A stretch of 64,000 bases of DNA from Planctomycetota bacterium. Lineage in GTDB: Bacteria > Planctomycetota > UBA8108 > SXIK01. Both the position numbers and the translations under genes were made by a program. A model generated the notes under the pieces. It saw only the letters and a list, made by a program, of their open reading frames with translations, made no database searches and was not told the DNA's origin. The stretch is from positions 736,001 through 800,000 of the forward strand of contig CBDCXR010000004.1 in the NCBI GenBank assembly GCA_965223845.1, in the 5' to 3' direction. The first letter of the stretch is position 1; every line of letters begins with the position of its first letter. Below, piece after piece: positions 1-10,294 of the stretch.

Positions 1-414
1 CCGAGGATCGACACGCTGCAAGAGACCGGCTACACGCGCGAAGAGATGAAGATGGTCTGGGAGACGCGGAAGATTCTCGGCTGCCCCGAGCTCCCGGTCT
101 CGGCGACATGTGTGCGCGTACCCGTCGAGCGCGCGCACTCCGAAGCGATCCACTTGACGACGCGCGAGCCCCTCTCGGTCGACGACGTTCGCGCGGCCTT
201 GAAAGCCGCACCCGGAGTGACGCTCGAAGACGACCCCGCCGCGGACGTGTATCCGACGCCTCTCGCTGTGAGCGGCGCCGACGACGTGTTCGTCGGGCGG
301 ATCCGCCGTCACCCCGATGACCCGCGGACGTTCGACCTCTGGGTCGTCGGCGATCAGGTGCGAAAGGGCGCCGCGCTCAATGCGGTCCAGATCGCGGAGG
401 CGCTCTTCTGTTGA
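1..414 (+). CDS. asd: Aspartate-semialdehyde dehydrogenase, C-terminal part (5'-truncated by the window)
   Basis: Frame open from base 1: GYTREEMKM..ETRKIL, ATCVRVPV..AHSE, FVGRIR, LWVVGDQVRKGAALNAVQIAE. Confidence 0.95.
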   Translation, partial: PRIDTLQETGYTREEMKMVWETRKILGCPELPVSATCVRVPVERAHSEAIHLTTREPLSVDDVRAALKAAPGVTLEDDPAADVYPTPLAVSGADDVFVGRIRRHPDDPRTFDLWVVGDQVRKGAALNAVQIAEALFC

Positions 415-1262
415 CGGGACGCCCGGACGAACCCGAAGCCGCAAGCGACGCAGCGCAGGCGAGCGACGGGTTCCACGTGAAGCTCGTTCTTCAGTACGAC
501 GGCACCGACTTTCACGGGTGGCAGCGCCAGCCTGGCGTGCGCACCGTGCAGGGTGTCCTCGAAGAAGCGCTCGCCGCGCTCTACGGGAAGCCGATCGCGA
601 CGCAAGGGACCAGCCGCACGGATGCCGGCGTCCACGCCGAGGGGCAAGCCGTGTCGCTCACCTGTCCTCCTTCCGTGCCGTTCGCGCGGATCGCGCGAGC
701 TCTCCACGGTCGTCTTCCGGATGACGTTCGGATTCGATCCGTCGAGGAGGTCGCATCGGACTTCGACGCCCGGCGTTCCGCGTTCGGGAAGCACTACCGC
801 TACACGATCGACGTCGGTCCGCTTCGCGATGTTTTCGCGCGGCGCTGGGCTCTCCATGTCGACGGAGTGCTCGACGTCGACCGGATGCGCGAAGCGGCCG
901 GCGCATTCGTGGGCGAGCAAGACTACGCGGCCTTTCAGTGCGCGAGCGATCAAGCTCCCCCGGATACGGTGCGCGAAGTGCTCGCGGTTGCGATCGACGA
1001 CGCGCTTCCGAACCGCCTGTTCGTCCACGTTCTAGGCCGGAGCTTCCTCTACAAGATGGTTCGCTCTATGGTCGGCACGCTCGTCGATGTCGGCGCCGGC
1101 CGCCGCCCACCGGAGTTCGTGCGCGCGGCACTTCTCGCGCGAGACCGCCGCGCCGCGGGAGCGACGGCGCCGGCGCGTGGACTGACCCTCGTCGAAGTGT
1201 TCTGGGACGAGCTAAACCTCGGCCGAGCTGCGGTGCGGCTCGGCACGGCTCGGTCGCGTTGA
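411..1262 (+). CDS. truA: tRNA pseudouridine(38-40) synthase TruA
   Basis: YDGTDFHGWQRQ, SRTDAGVHA (catalytic Asp), SFLYKMVR, TAPARGLTL; start overlaps the asd stop. Confidence 0.95.
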   Translation: MTGRPDEPEAASDAAQASDGFHVKLVLQYDGTDFHGWQRQPGVRTVQGVLEEALAALYGKPIATQGTSRTDAGVHAEGQAVSLTCPPSVPFARIARALHGRLPDDVRIRSVEEVASDFDARRSAFGKHYRYTIDVGPLRDVFARRWALHVDGVLDVDRMREAAGAFVGEQDYAAFQCASDQAPPDTVREVLAVAIDDALPNRLFVHVLGRSFLYKMVRSMVGTLVDVGAGRRPPEFVRAALLARDRRAAGATAPARGLTLVEVFWDELNLGRAAVRLGTARSR

Positions 1263-1288
1263 CGCTCATCCGAGCTTACGGGTATACT
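1259..1288 (+). promoter_or_regulatory. Putative sigma70-type promoter for the hpf-PTS cluster
   Basis: TTGACG (1259-1264), 18-nt spacer, TATACT (1283-1288), about 58 nt upstream of the hpf ATG. Confidence 0.55.
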
Positions 1289-1345
1289 GAGGCGCGTTTA
1301 GTCGACAGTTCCCGCGCGTTCCCGTGTTCGCTGGAGGAGCCGCCC

Positions 1346-1744
1346 ATGGCCACGATCGTCGTCACCGGGCGAGACGCCGAAGTGACGTCTCGAAACAAGC
1401 AGCGAGCGGAGGAAAAGCTCGCAAAGCTCGAGCGGTACTTCGATGGAATTACGCGCATCGAAGCGATCCTCGCGCACCAAGCCGACGCCGCCGAAGTCGA
1501 GCTCGTGATTTCGGTCCGGCGCGGACGTCCGATCGTCTGCCACGGCAGCGCGAAAGAGCTCTACGCCGCGCTCGACGGCGTCATCGACAAGGCCGAGATC
1601 CAGCTCACGCGGTTCAAAGAGCGGGCGAAGGCGCACCGCGCCGAACCGACGGGCATGGCGGCGGCCGAGCCGGAGTCTCTGCCGGAGGAGCCCCTCGAGA
1701 GCTACGACGAGATCGTCGACCGCACGGGGTACAGTTCCGAGTGA
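1346..1744 (+). CDS. hpf: Ribosome hibernation promoting factor / RaiA (sigma54 modulation protein)
   Basis: ATG 1346 after GGAGGAG; IVVTGR..EVT, EKLAKLERYFDGI, LYAALD..IDK..QLTRFKER; lies upstream of ptsN. Confidence 0.85.
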   Translation: MATIVVTGRDAEVTSRNKQRAEEKLAKLERYFDGITRIEAILAHQADAAEVELVISVRRGRPIVCHGSAKELYAALDGVIDKAEIQLTRFKERAKAHRAEPTGMAAAEPESLPEEPLESYDEIVDRTGYSSE

Positions 1745-2008
1745 CGACGGCAACGCCGCAGTGCGGGCGGCCCTTCGAGCGATCGTTCGTCGCATTTTCG
1801 GACCTTTCGCCACGACTTTCGGTCCGTCCGAATCGAGAGTGGATGCCGCAACGTGGATCCGGTAGTTCTGGCGTCGGCCGGGATCGACGTTCGCGCTGGC
1901 CGCTTCGGTGAGGGAGTTGCCCTGGGAGCCGGAGCTAGCGCACGGCGGGCCGTGCAGAGAGAGCGCCGCCCGATCCCGCGGCCGCCGCGGTGAGGAACCA
2001 ACGCCCCG

Positions 2009-2497
2009 ATGACCAACGACCATTCGCTCTGCGCCGTGTTCGCGGCGGATTCCGTCATCGTCGACCTGAAGGCACGCGATAAGAAGGCGGCGATCCGAGA
2101 ACTGCTCCAACATCTCGTCGCTCGTGGCGTCCTCGACGACGACGCCGCGCGCAAAGCCGAGAAAATCGTCCACAAGCGCGAGGGGGTCGGGTCGACGGGA
2201 ATCGGGAAGGGGCTCGCGATTCCGCACGCCAAGGAGTGCCCGGTCGTCGACGGACTCGTCGGCGTGTTCGGTCGCTCGCGCGAGGGTCTGCCGTTCGACG
2301 CCGTGGACGGGGGGCTCGTCCACGTTCTCTTTCTGGTCCTCTCACCGAAGGACATGGCGGAAGCGCACCTTGCGGTGATGCGGCGAATCGCACAGCTCCA
2401 TCGGGACGAGAACACGCTCAAATACCTCGCGACGGATCCGGAGCTCGGCAGCCTCACCGCAATCCTGAAGGATATCGATGACTCCTTCGCCGGGTGA
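2009..2497 (+). CDS. ptsN: PTS EIIA (Ntr/Fru-type) protein
   Basis: REGVGSTGIGKGLAIPHAK (phospho-His), FDAVDG..VHVLFL..P. Confidence 0.85.
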   Translation: MTNDHSLCAVFAADSVIVDLKARDKKAAIRELLQHLVARGVLDDDAARKAEKIVHKREGVGSTGIGKGLAIPHAKECPVVDGLVGVFGRSREGLPFDAVDGGLVHVLFLVLSPKDMAEAHLAVMRRIAQLHRDENTLKYLATDPELGSLTAILKDIDDSFAG

Positions 2498-3521
2498 TCG
2501 CGAGCGAAGAGAGCCCGGCCCCACGTTTCCGTCGTCGCCGGAGGTGACGCGGGAGCCGCGGGGCGCGAAGATCGTCGCGTTTGGGGGCGGCACCGGAATG
2601 TCGGCGCTCCTCCGAGGTCTCAAGGGATTCACCGACCATCTCACCGCGGTCGTAACCGTCACCGACAACGGCGGGAGCTCCGGGAGGCTGCGAAACGACT
2701 TCGACATCGTTGCGCCGGGCGACATCCGGAACTGTCTCGCTGCGCTCGCCGACGTCGACCCGCTGATCCAGGACGTATTTCAGTACCGGTTTCAGGAAGC
2801 GGAGTTCAAGGGACACTGCTTCGGCAACCTGTTCATCACCGTGCTCGCGCGGATCGTCGGGTCGTTCGACGACTCGGTGCGGGAGATGAACCGCCTCCTC
2901 CGAGTGAAGGGGCGAGTGATCCCCGCGAGCGGGAACAAGGTCTCCCTCGTCGCCCACCATCCCGACGGCTCGAAGAGCACGGGCGAGGTACAGATCTCTC
3001 AGAGCGCTCAGCCGATCGATCGGATCGAGCTCCGGCCGTCACCCGTGCCGCTGTCGGCCGAGATTCGTGCGGCGATCGCCGATGCGGAGCTTTTCCTCTT
3101 CGGGCCCGGAAGCCTCTACACGAGCGTGATTCCGAACCTCCTCGTGGAGGGAATGATCGACGCGATCCGGGAGAACGGGAGTCCCTGCGTCTACATCTCC
3201 AACCTGATGACTCAGCCCGGCGAGACCGACGGGTACACGCTGCGAGACCATGTCCTCGCGCTGCGTCGCCACGTGGGTGACGAGTTTCCCGACGTCGTCA
3301 TCGCCCACAACGGCGAATTACCGGACGATCTGCGGAAGAAGTACGAGTCGACCGGAGCTTCCGCCGTCGCGAGTGGGCTCCCCGGGCGCGCGTTCGCCGG
3401 TGTTCGCTTGATCGAGAGGGACTTCCTCGATTCCGGCGCGACCGCGCGACACGATCCCCGGCGGCTGGCGGCGACCGTGTATGAGGAGTTCCTCGTGCCG
3501 CTCACTCGGGGCGCCCGGTAG
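2478..3521 (+). CDS. yvcK: YvcK/GlmR (UPF0052, CofD-related) UDP-GlcNAc-binding protein
   Basis: GGGTG, VTVTDNGGSSGRLR, PGDIRNCL, GHCFGNL, GPGSLYTSVIPNL, NLMTQPGET, RHDP. Confidence 0.9.
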   Translation: MTPSPGDRERREPGPTFPSSPEVTREPRGAKIVAFGGGTGMSALLRGLKGFTDHLTAVVTVTDNGGSSGRLRNDFDIVAPGDIRNCLAALADVDPLIQDVFQYRFQEAEFKGHCFGNLFITVLARIVGSFDDSVREMNRLLRVKGRVIPASGNKVSLVAHHPDGSKSTGEVQISQSAQPIDRIELRPSPVPLSAEIRAAIADAELFLFGPGSLYTSVIPNLLVEGMIDAIRENGSPCVYISNLMTQPGETDGYTLRDHVLALRRHVGDEFPDVVIAHNGELPDDLRKKYESTGASAVASGLPGRAFAGVRLIERDFLDSGATARHDPRRLAATVYEEFLVPLTRGAR

Positions 3522-3897
3522 CTCCTCCGCCGCGACGCCCCAGGCGGGCAGCTGAGGGCGAGCCGGGTAGGGGGGCGGAAGTCGACAGCGACCGACTGAA
3601 GTCGCGCCGGAGCCGTACATTCAGGCTTCGTGTCCCGTGGGCGAACGGACCCCGAACTCGTTGGCGCCGGAGTGGCCGGAACGCTGGCCGAAGTTCGGGA
3701 AAGTCCAGGATCTCCGGCCGTACGAAACGGGTGCACCCGCGGCCGAGGCCCCTTGGCTCGGTGGTGCGCCGTCGCCTACGTAACCCTTTGTCAATACTAA
3801 AGAAACAGGCTGTCTCGGCAGGGCGAACGGGGCGTTCCGCGCGCGCGTCGGCTCGCTCCGCTGGCGCCGGCCCGCGACGCCTGTTATTTTGGTCGCC

Positions 3898-4173
3898 ATG
3901 GAACTCGAGCGTTCGATTGAGATCTCCAACAAGCACGGGCTGCACGCGAGAGCCTCGACTCGACTCGCTCAGCTCGCTCAGCGCTACACCGCCGCCGTGT
4001 TCCTCTCGCGGGGCGACTCGGAAGAGGAGGTGGACGCGAAGAGCATTTTGGGGATCCTCACGCTCGGAGCGGAGAAGGGACAGGTCGTCCAACTGCGCGT
4101 GACCGGGGACGACGCCGAGGACGCCATGAGCGCCCTGGTTGCCCTCATCGAAGACAAGTTCGGCGAGGATTAG
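3898..4173 (+). CDS. ptsH: Phosphocarrier protein HPr
   Basis: NKHGLHAR (His15 motif), VDAKSILGILTLG (Ser46 motif). Confidence 0.93.
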   Translation: MELERSIEISNKHGLHARASTRLAQLAQRYTAAVFLSRGDSEEEVDAKSILGILTLGAEKGQVVQLRVTGDDAEDAMSALVALIEDKFGED

Positions 4174-4313
4174 CGTCTCCCCACCCGACGCGGCGAGCGG
4201 AGAGCGGCCTCGGCCGTCGCGGCGGGCTCGAATCCGCCGGCCCGGCTACGCGGCTCCCTGCGAGGGCGCGACGCGCGGAGCCAAGTCAGCCGACGGAGAG
4301 CGGCGTTCGAACG

Positions 4314-6059
4314 ATGGAAACTCGCAAGGGCATTCCGGTCTCGCCGGGAATCGGCATCGGTGAGGCGTCGGTCGTCGTCCACGAAGACCTGCGCATCCGG
4401 CGCCGGTTCGTGCCGCAGGCCGACGTCGACCAGGAGGTCGTCCGGCTCGAGCAAGCGGTCGAAAACGCCGTAGCGGGGATCAACGCGCAGCTCGAGCAGC
4501 TCGACGACAAGGTTTCGATCCCGGCTCAGGTCCTCGAGAGCCATCGCGACATGATCGCCGACGCGCATCTTCGGCGACAGATCGAGGAGCTCATCCGAAC
4601 GAACGGCTACAGCGCGGAGTACGCGCTGTCGCTCGTCTTGAAGGGCTTCTACCGCCGCTTCCAGGAGATGGATTCTGAGTACATCTCGGAGCGCATTCAG
4701 GATCTTCGCGACATCGAGAGGAAGCTGCTCCGCAGCCTCCTCGGGAAGACGGCGGCAGCCGAGCAGCAGAAGGGGCGGAAGTCGGTCGTCGTCGGACACG
4801 ACTTGAGCCCGAGCGAGGCGGCTCGTCTCGACCGCGATCGCGTGCAGGGCGTCGCCGTCGACGTCGGCGGCCGCACGTCGCACACCGCGATCATGGCGCG
4901 TGCGATGCGTATCCCGGCGGTCGTCGGGCTCGAGAATCTTTCCCGTTTCGTGGCCGGCGGCGATGTCGTCGTCGTCGACGGGTACACCGGCGTCGTCGTC
5001 GTCGATCCCGACGAGAAAACCCTCGAGGAGTACCGCCGGCGGCGTCAACTCTCCGAGCAGTTCTATCTCAATCTCCACCATGAGATCCGCTATCCGGCCG
5101 AGACCCTCGACGGATTCGAGATCTCGCTATCGGCGAACATCGAGTTTCCCGAAGAGATCGCGACGGCTCTCGAGTGGGGGGCTCGAGGTGTCGGACTCTA
5201 CCGAACGGAGTTTCTCTACCAGCGCGGCGAGCCCGGGGAAAACGAGCACTTCGAGAGCTACCGAGAGGCCGTCGGGCTTCTCCGCGGTCGGCCGCTCACC
5301 ATCCGCACTCTCGATGCCGGTGCCGACAAGTTTCACTCCGAGTCGGTGGGCTCACACGAGCCGAACCCGTTCCTCGGTTGCCGCTCGATTCGGTTGTGCT
5401 TCCAGCGGCCGCAGCTCTTTCGCGATCAGATCCGAGCGATCCTTCGGGTGTCGGCGATCGGGCGCGTGAAAATCATGCTCCCCATGGTGTCGAACCGCGA
5501 TGAGCTCACCTGGGCGAAGGACGTGATCGCCGACGTTCAGGCCGAACTCACGAAGAGCGGCGAGCCGTTCGACGCGAATGTTCCGATCGGGATCATGGTC
5601 GAGGTGCCCTCGGTCGCGTTGATGGCGGATGTGTTCGCCCGCGAGGTCGACTTCTTCAGCATCGGGACGAACGATCTCGTTCAGTACTGCCTGGCGGTCG
5701 ATCGGGTGAACGAGCGTGTCGCGCATCTTTATCAACCCACGCATCCCGCGATCCTCCGTCTGATTCGGAACGTGATCGATGCGGGTGGACGCCACGGAAT
5801 CGATGTGTCGATCTGCGGGGAGATGTGCAGCGAACCGATCTACGCGGTCCTTCTCCTCGGGCTCGGCCTCCGCAGCTTCAGCGTGAGCCCGATCGCCATT
5901 CCGACCGTAAAGCGGATGATCCGTCAGCTCACGATGCGCGACGCGGTCGAGGTCGCCGAGGAGTGCCTCGGGTTCGAGACGGCCGATGAAAGCCAGAGTG
6001 TTCTCGCCGACCGCGTGCAGAACCTCCTTCCCGACTTCGTCGACCTTGCGGCCCGCTGA
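4314..6059 (+). CDS. ptsI: PEP-protein phosphotransferase (Enzyme I), no N-terminal GAF domain
   Basis: GGRTSHTAIMAR, GVGLYRTEF, IRTLDAGADK, EPNPFLGCR, DFFSIGTNDLVQY, ICGEM. Confidence 0.95.
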   Translation: METRKGIPVSPGIGIGEASVVVHEDLRIRRRFVPQADVDQEVVRLEQAVENAVAGINAQLEQLDDKVSIPAQVLESHRDMIADAHLRRQIEELIRTNGYSAEYALSLVLKGFYRRFQEMDSEYISERIQDLRDIERKLLRSLLGKTAAAEQQKGRKSVVVGHDLSPSEAARLDRDRVQGVAVDVGGRTSHTAIMARAMRIPAVVGLENLSRFVAGGDVVVVDGYTGVVVVDPDEKTLEEYRRRRQLSEQFYLNLHHEIRYPAETLDGFEISLSANIEFPEEIATALEWGARGVGLYRTEFLYQRGEPGENEHFESYREAVGLLRGRPLTIRTLDAGADKFHSESVGSHEPNPFLGCRSIRLCFQRPQLFRDQIRAILRVSAIGRVKIMLPMVSNRDELTWAKDVIADVQAELTKSGEPFDANVPIGIMVEVPSVALMADVFAREVDFFSIGTNDLVQYCLAVDRVNERVAHLYQPTHPAILRLIRNVIDAGGRHGIDVSICGEMCSEPIYAVLLLGLGLRSFSVSPIAIPTVKRMIRQLTMRDAVEVAEECLGFETADESQSVLADRVQNLLPDFVDLAAR

Positions 6060-6247
6060 CAAAGCGCTCGGCTGAGGAGCGCGGCACGTTTCGCGTGTGA
6101 CGGGCGGCGTATGGTTCGGGCTCCGAGAGGCCGCGCTTCTGAACGAACGACGGTACGGTCCGGCAGAAGCGTACTGGTCGTCCGACGCGGCGACTTGCCC
6201 GCCGTATCGGTCGTTCAGCCGACTCGCGCAAAGTCCGCGCGGGGAAG

Positions 6248-6275
6248 TTGACGATCATCGGGTGCGGTGTACTGT
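6248..6275 (+). promoter_or_regulatory. Possible sigma70-type promoter for the pilM operon
   Basis: TTGACG (6248-6253), 16-nt spacer, TACTGT (6270-6275); weak -10 element. Confidence 0.3.
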
Positions 6276-6413
6276 TCGGCGCCTTCGCCGGGGAGATCGC
6301 TGCAGTCTCTGTTTGACTCACCCTTGCGTTCCTCGCCGGAGTCCTTTGGGGCGCGTCGGCGCGCCATCCATCCCGAACGGGAAGATCCAAGTGTTCCCGC
6401 CACAGGTGACCTG

Positions 6414-7457
6414 ATGCTAGGAAAGAAGAAAAGTCTCGTCGGACTCGACATCGGCTCGACCGAGGTCAAAGCCGTCGAGCTCACCGAGGTAGGTGACGAA
6501 GTCAAGATTACCGGCTTCGGCCACGGGACGATCGAGTCTCCGGACGCCGTGCAGGACACGATCGCCGACGTTCTCCGCTCGTCGGGGATCAAGACGAAGC
6601 GCGTCGCCACCGCGGTGTCGGGTCGCGCTGTGATCGTGCGCTACCTGAACATGGTGCGCATGCCGGAAGCGGACGTGAAGAATGCGATCCGCTACGAAGC
6701 GGACAAGTACATTCCGTTTCAGGTCGACGAGGTGATCCTCGACTCGATGGTGCTCCCGGATTTCGTGGACGGTCCCGACGGTCCCGACCCGGACTCGGAG
6801 ATGCGCGTTCTTCTCGTCGCGGTGAAGCAGAACCTCGTCGACGAGCACCTGCAGGTCGTCCAGGGACTCGGTCTCACGCCTGCAGTGATCGACGTCGACA
6901 CCTTCGCGCTCGGAAACGCGTTCGAGTTGAACGTTCTCAACAGCCCCCGAGTCGAAGACGAGGACAAGGTCGTCGCGCTCGTCGACATCGGATCGATCAA
7001 GACGAACATCAACATCCTCAAGAACAACACTTCGTACTTCTCCCGCGAGATCTACCTCGCGGGGAACGAGTTCTCCGAGGCGATCGCGCGCCGCTTGGGA
7101 ATCGAAGTCAACGAAGCGGCTCAGCTCAAGCAGACCCCGGACGGCAACGAGCACACGATCGAGGAGAGCATCCTGCCGATCCTCGACGACCTCGGAAACG
7201 AGATCCACCTGTCGTTCGACTATTACGAGAACCAGTACGACCGGGAGATCGACGAAGTCTATCTCTCGGGCGGAAGCTCGCAGCTTCCGGGTCTCCGCGA
7301 AGCGCTCGAGCGTACCTTCGATCGCGCTCTCGCGGGCTGGGATCCGACGGAGAACCTCGAGGTGAACGACGATCGCGTCGACATCGACGTCATGAAGAGC
7401 CACGCTCCGCAGCTCGCCATCGCCGTCGGCTTGGCCTCGCGGATCCTCGACAGTTAG
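6414..7457 (+). CDS. pilM: Type IV pilus assembly protein PilM (actin-like)
   Basis: VGLDIGSTEVKAVEL, EADKYIPF, ALVDIGS, YLSGGSS, AIAVGLA. Confidence 0.92.
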   Translation: MLGKKKSLVGLDIGSTEVKAVELTEVGDEVKITGFGHGTIESPDAVQDTIADVLRSSGIKTKRVATAVSGRAVIVRYLNMVRMPEADVKNAIRYEADKYIPFQVDEVILDSMVLPDFVDGPDGPDPDSEMRVLLVAVKQNLVDEHLQVVQGLGLTPAVIDVDTFALGNAFELNVLNSPRVEDEDKVVALVDIGSIKTNINILKNNTSYFSREIYLAGNEFSEAIARRLGIEVNEAAQLKQTPDGNEHTIEESILPILDDLGNEIHLSFDYYENQYDREIDEVYLSGGSSQLPGLREALERTFDRALAGWDPTENLEVNDDRVDIDVMKSHAPQLAIAVGLASRILDS

Positions 7458-7473
7458 TTAGGAGCCTCTCGGA

Positions 7474-8142
7474 ATGATTCACATCAATCTCCTGCCGCCG
7501 GAGCTCCAGAAGGCGGCGCGAACTCCTCCGAAGGTGTTCCTGAGCCTCGTCGTCGCGGTGGTCGTGGTGGGCGTGGCCGTCTGTGCCTACGGCTACTTCT
7601 ACTTCCACGTCGGCATGCTGAAGAGCCGCGTCGCGCGGAAGCAGACCGAGGTTCAGCACTACCAGGAGAACGCTCGGGAAGTCGACGCTCTACTCGAAGA
7701 CATCGCGGATTACCGCGAACGTGAGCGCGCGATCATCAGCATCAAGACCAACCGCATCCTCTGGTCGAAGAAGCTGGAGATGTTGTGTCGGCTGACCCCG
7801 AACTACATCTGGCTCGTGCGCCTCGAGATGCGGGAGCTCGATCCGAGCGAATACAAGTGGGGGCCCGATCAGGTCGGCGGCTACCTGATGCTTCATTGTT
7901 ATTCGTCCGGCGACGAAGTGGAGCGCATGACGCATTACCGCCAGCGCCTGAAGAACGTCGACGAGTTTTACCTGCCGTTCGTCGGAGCGGACATCAAGCC
8001 GGCGACGTTCTATTCCGATTTCATCAACATCACGCCTCCGGAATGGAAGTTCGTCCAGATCCCGGGGCTCGTCCAGCCCGACAACATTCGGTTTTCCGTC
8101 CGCCTGGATCTGAGACCGCTCGTTGAGAAGGTCGGCGCCTGA
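7474..8142 (+). CDS. pilN: PilN-like inner-membrane pilus assembly protein
   Basis: N-terminal INLLP (PilM-binding motif), TM helix, coiled coil; follows pilM. Confidence 0.85.
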   Translation: MIHINLLPPELQKAARTPPKVFLSLVVAVVVVGVAVCAYGYFYFHVGMLKSRVARKQTEVQHYQENAREVDALLEDIADYRERERAIISIKTNRILWSKKLEMLCRLTPNYIWLVRLEMRELDPSEYKWGPDQVGGYLMLHCYSSGDEVERMTHYRQRLKNVDEFYLPFVGADIKPATFYSDFINITPPEWKFVQIPGLVQPDNIRFSVRLDLRPLVEKVGA

Positions 8143-8175
8143 GTTCTACCGAACGATTCGAGACGGTGATTCCCC

Positions 8176-8814
8176 ATGAAACTCAATGAGAAGCAAAAGC
8201 TGACGGCCGTGATCGCGGCGGTGGTTCTCGCCGTCGTCGGGATCGGGACGCTGACGTTCTTCAAGTTCCAGGAGCGAAAGGAACTCGCGGCGCAGATGGA
8301 CGATCTCCTCAAGCAGGAGAAGGTCGCGACGGACCGGATCAATCGGATCCCCGGGCTTCGCGAAGAGAGGGATCGACTGGCCGCAACCGTCGAGGACTAC
8401 GCGGCGATTCTGCCGAAGGACGCTCACGTCGAGCACGACTCGTTCGTTTACACGATCGATAGCTTCCGCCGCGACACCGACGTCCTGATCAAGCGAGCCG
8501 AATACGTCAATCCTCCCGCGGCCCCGGCGGCAGCACCGGGTGCACCTCCGGTCAAGAGAAAGAAGTTCATCCGCCATCGCTATCGATTCGAGCTCGTGGG
8601 GACCGTGCCCCATCTCATTTCGTTCATCAACAAGATCGAAAATCACACGCGATTCTTGAAGATCGACGCGCTCAACATTCGGCCGCTTGGTGCGCCGCGA
8701 AAGGGCACGAGCTTCGAGAACGCCAATCCCGAGCAAGAGCTTCAGCGTGCGGATCAGGCTCTCAAGGAAGTCGATCTGACGATCAGCACCTACACGTACT
8801 TCAAGGGCGCTTGA
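8176..8814 (+). CDS. pilO: PilO-like inner-membrane pilus assembly protein
   Basis: N-terminal TM, coiled coil ending ILP, ELVG....LISFINKIEN..RFLKI; position after pilN. Confidence 0.75.
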   Translation: MKLNEKQKLTAVIAAVVLAVVGIGTLTFFKFQERKELAAQMDDLLKQEKVATDRINRIPGLREERDRLAATVEDYAAILPKDAHVEHDSFVYTIDSFRRDTDVLIKRAEYVNPPAAPAAAPGAPPVKRKKFIRHRYRFELVGTVPHLISFINKIENHTRFLKIDALNIRPLGAPRKGTSFENANPEQELQRADQALKEVDLTISTYTYFKGA

Positions 8815-8827
8815 AAAAGACCTCGCT

Positions 8828-10294
8828 ATGATCACCACGAAGAAATTGCCATCGATTCTGATGCTCACCGTGTGCGTTGCGGCGTTCTCCGCGCTTCACG
8901 CGCAAACGGCCGACGATTCCGTCGCGACCGATGGTGGTTCCAGCGACGCTGCGCCAACGGGCGTCGGGACGCCGCTCGATACCGTCGAGGACCCGGAGGC
9001 GAACGCGTCGGACGAGTTCGACGCCAGCGGCGATGCTCCCGAGTCCGAAGCTGACGCCGAGGGGAGCGGCATCCTCGGCGGCATCATGGGGATGTTCGGC
9101 GGTGAAGGCGAGGGCGGTGCCGACGGGAAGAGCGAGCGCGCCGATGAGATCCGCGCGGAGCAGGACAAGCGGATCAACGAGCTCCGGCGGAACGCGATCA
9201 GCGATTTCTCTCGAAAGCGACTCGAGTCGGCGATCACTCACCTGAATGAGCTGATCAGCATCAAGCCCTACGACTCCGACTATCACCTCGCGCTCGGTCT
9301 CAACTTTCGCAGTCGACACCAGTGGCCGCAGGCGATCGGCAAGTACGACGACACGCTCGATCTCGGCGGGCCGAAGGGGCTGATCGCTCTCCTCAAGGCA
9401 GAGGCGATGACCTCGACGGGCACGAGGGAGCAGGTCTTCGAGTTTCTCGAGGAAGCCGCGGTCAACGGGCGAAACATCTTCAACGACGCCGCCGCACTCC
9501 CCGCGCTCTCGGCGTTCCGCCAAGACACGGAGTTCATCAAGCTCGCCCTGTCGCTCGAGAAGGTCCAAGTCGACGTGACGAATCTGAAGGATCCGTTCAC
9601 TGGAGTCTTCCAAACGCTTCAAGCCGCGCAGGGAGACGGCACCGGTGACGACGAGCCGATCACGCTCGACGCCGACGAGCAAGAAGAACTTCTCGAGACC
9701 GCGAAGAAGACGTTCGAGCGCGTAAAGTTCTATATCAAGCTCGAGGACGAGAACAAGGCGATGGGGTCCTACGTCGAGCTCAAGAAGATGATCGAGAAGA
9801 AGGATCTTCTCACGATCCCCGGGATCGTGCGCGAGTTCGAATACCTCATCGGCAAGATGCCGGACGTCGAAGTTCAGATCGAAGGCATCCGGCTCAAGTT
9901 CTACTACCGCCAGGCGCAGGAAAAACTGCAATCGATCAAGGACGTCTTCTCCGACGGCAACTACGACCAAGTTGCGCGAATCCACACCGAGGTGTCTGCC
10001 CTCGCACAGGAGATGCGAAAGACGAACGCCGCGTACGAGCCGGTCGCGAAGCGCGTGCTCGAAGTCTCGGCGCGCTGGGCGCAGCGAGCCACGATCCGTC
10101 GCGAGTTCGAGGGAATGCGGCCGAAGATCCAAGGGATCATTATGGCGCCCGACGGCAATCGAACCGTTCTCAACGATGCCGTGGTCGAAGAGGGAGGTTA
10201 CCTCGAAGAACTGCGCGTCGTACGAATCGAGAACAACAAGGTGACGTTTCGTTACAAAGGGGAGGAGATCCCGGTCGTCTTTCGTCGATATTGA
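8828..10294 (+). CDS. Exported TPR-containing protein with C-terminal PilP/GspC-HR-like beta domain
   Basis: Signal peptide (ALHA-Q), acidic linker, TPR-like helices (KPYDSDYHLALG), KDPF motif, C-terminal IQGII..LND.VV.EG....RVVRIE..KVTF; occupies the pilP position. Confidence 0.6.
   Translation: MITTKKLPSILMLTVCVAAFSALHAQTADDSVATDGGSSDAAPTGVGTPLDTVEDPEANASDEFDASGDAPESEADAEGSGILGGIMGMFGGEGEGGADGKSERADEIRAEQDKRINELRRNAISDFSRKRLESAITHLNELISIKPYDSDYHLALGLNFRSRHQWPQAIGKYDDTLDLGGPKGLIALLKAEAMTSTGTREQVFEFLEEAAVNGRNIFNDAAALPALSAFRQDTEFIKLALSLEKVQVDVTNLKDPFTGVFQTLQAAQGDGTGDDEPITLDADEQEELLETAKKTFERVKFYIKLEDENKAMGSYVELKKMIEKKDLLTIPGIVREFEYLIGKMPDVEVQIEGIRLKFYYRQAQEKLQSIKDVFSDGNYDQVARIHTEVSALAQEMRKTNAAYEPVAKRVLEVSARWAQRATIRREFEGMRPKIQGIIMAPDGNRTVLNDAVVEEGGYLEELRVVRIENNKVTFRYKGEEIPVVFRRY

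Noticed and set aside
3697-3815. GGAAAGTCC...AGAAACAGGCT resembling RNase P RNA conserved regions
   Set aside because: Only ~100 nt apart, internal conserved elements are absent, and P4 pairing is poor
4221-4240. CTCGAATCC hairpin resembling a tRNA T-arm
   Set aside because: No TTC loop, and no acceptor, D or anticodon arms
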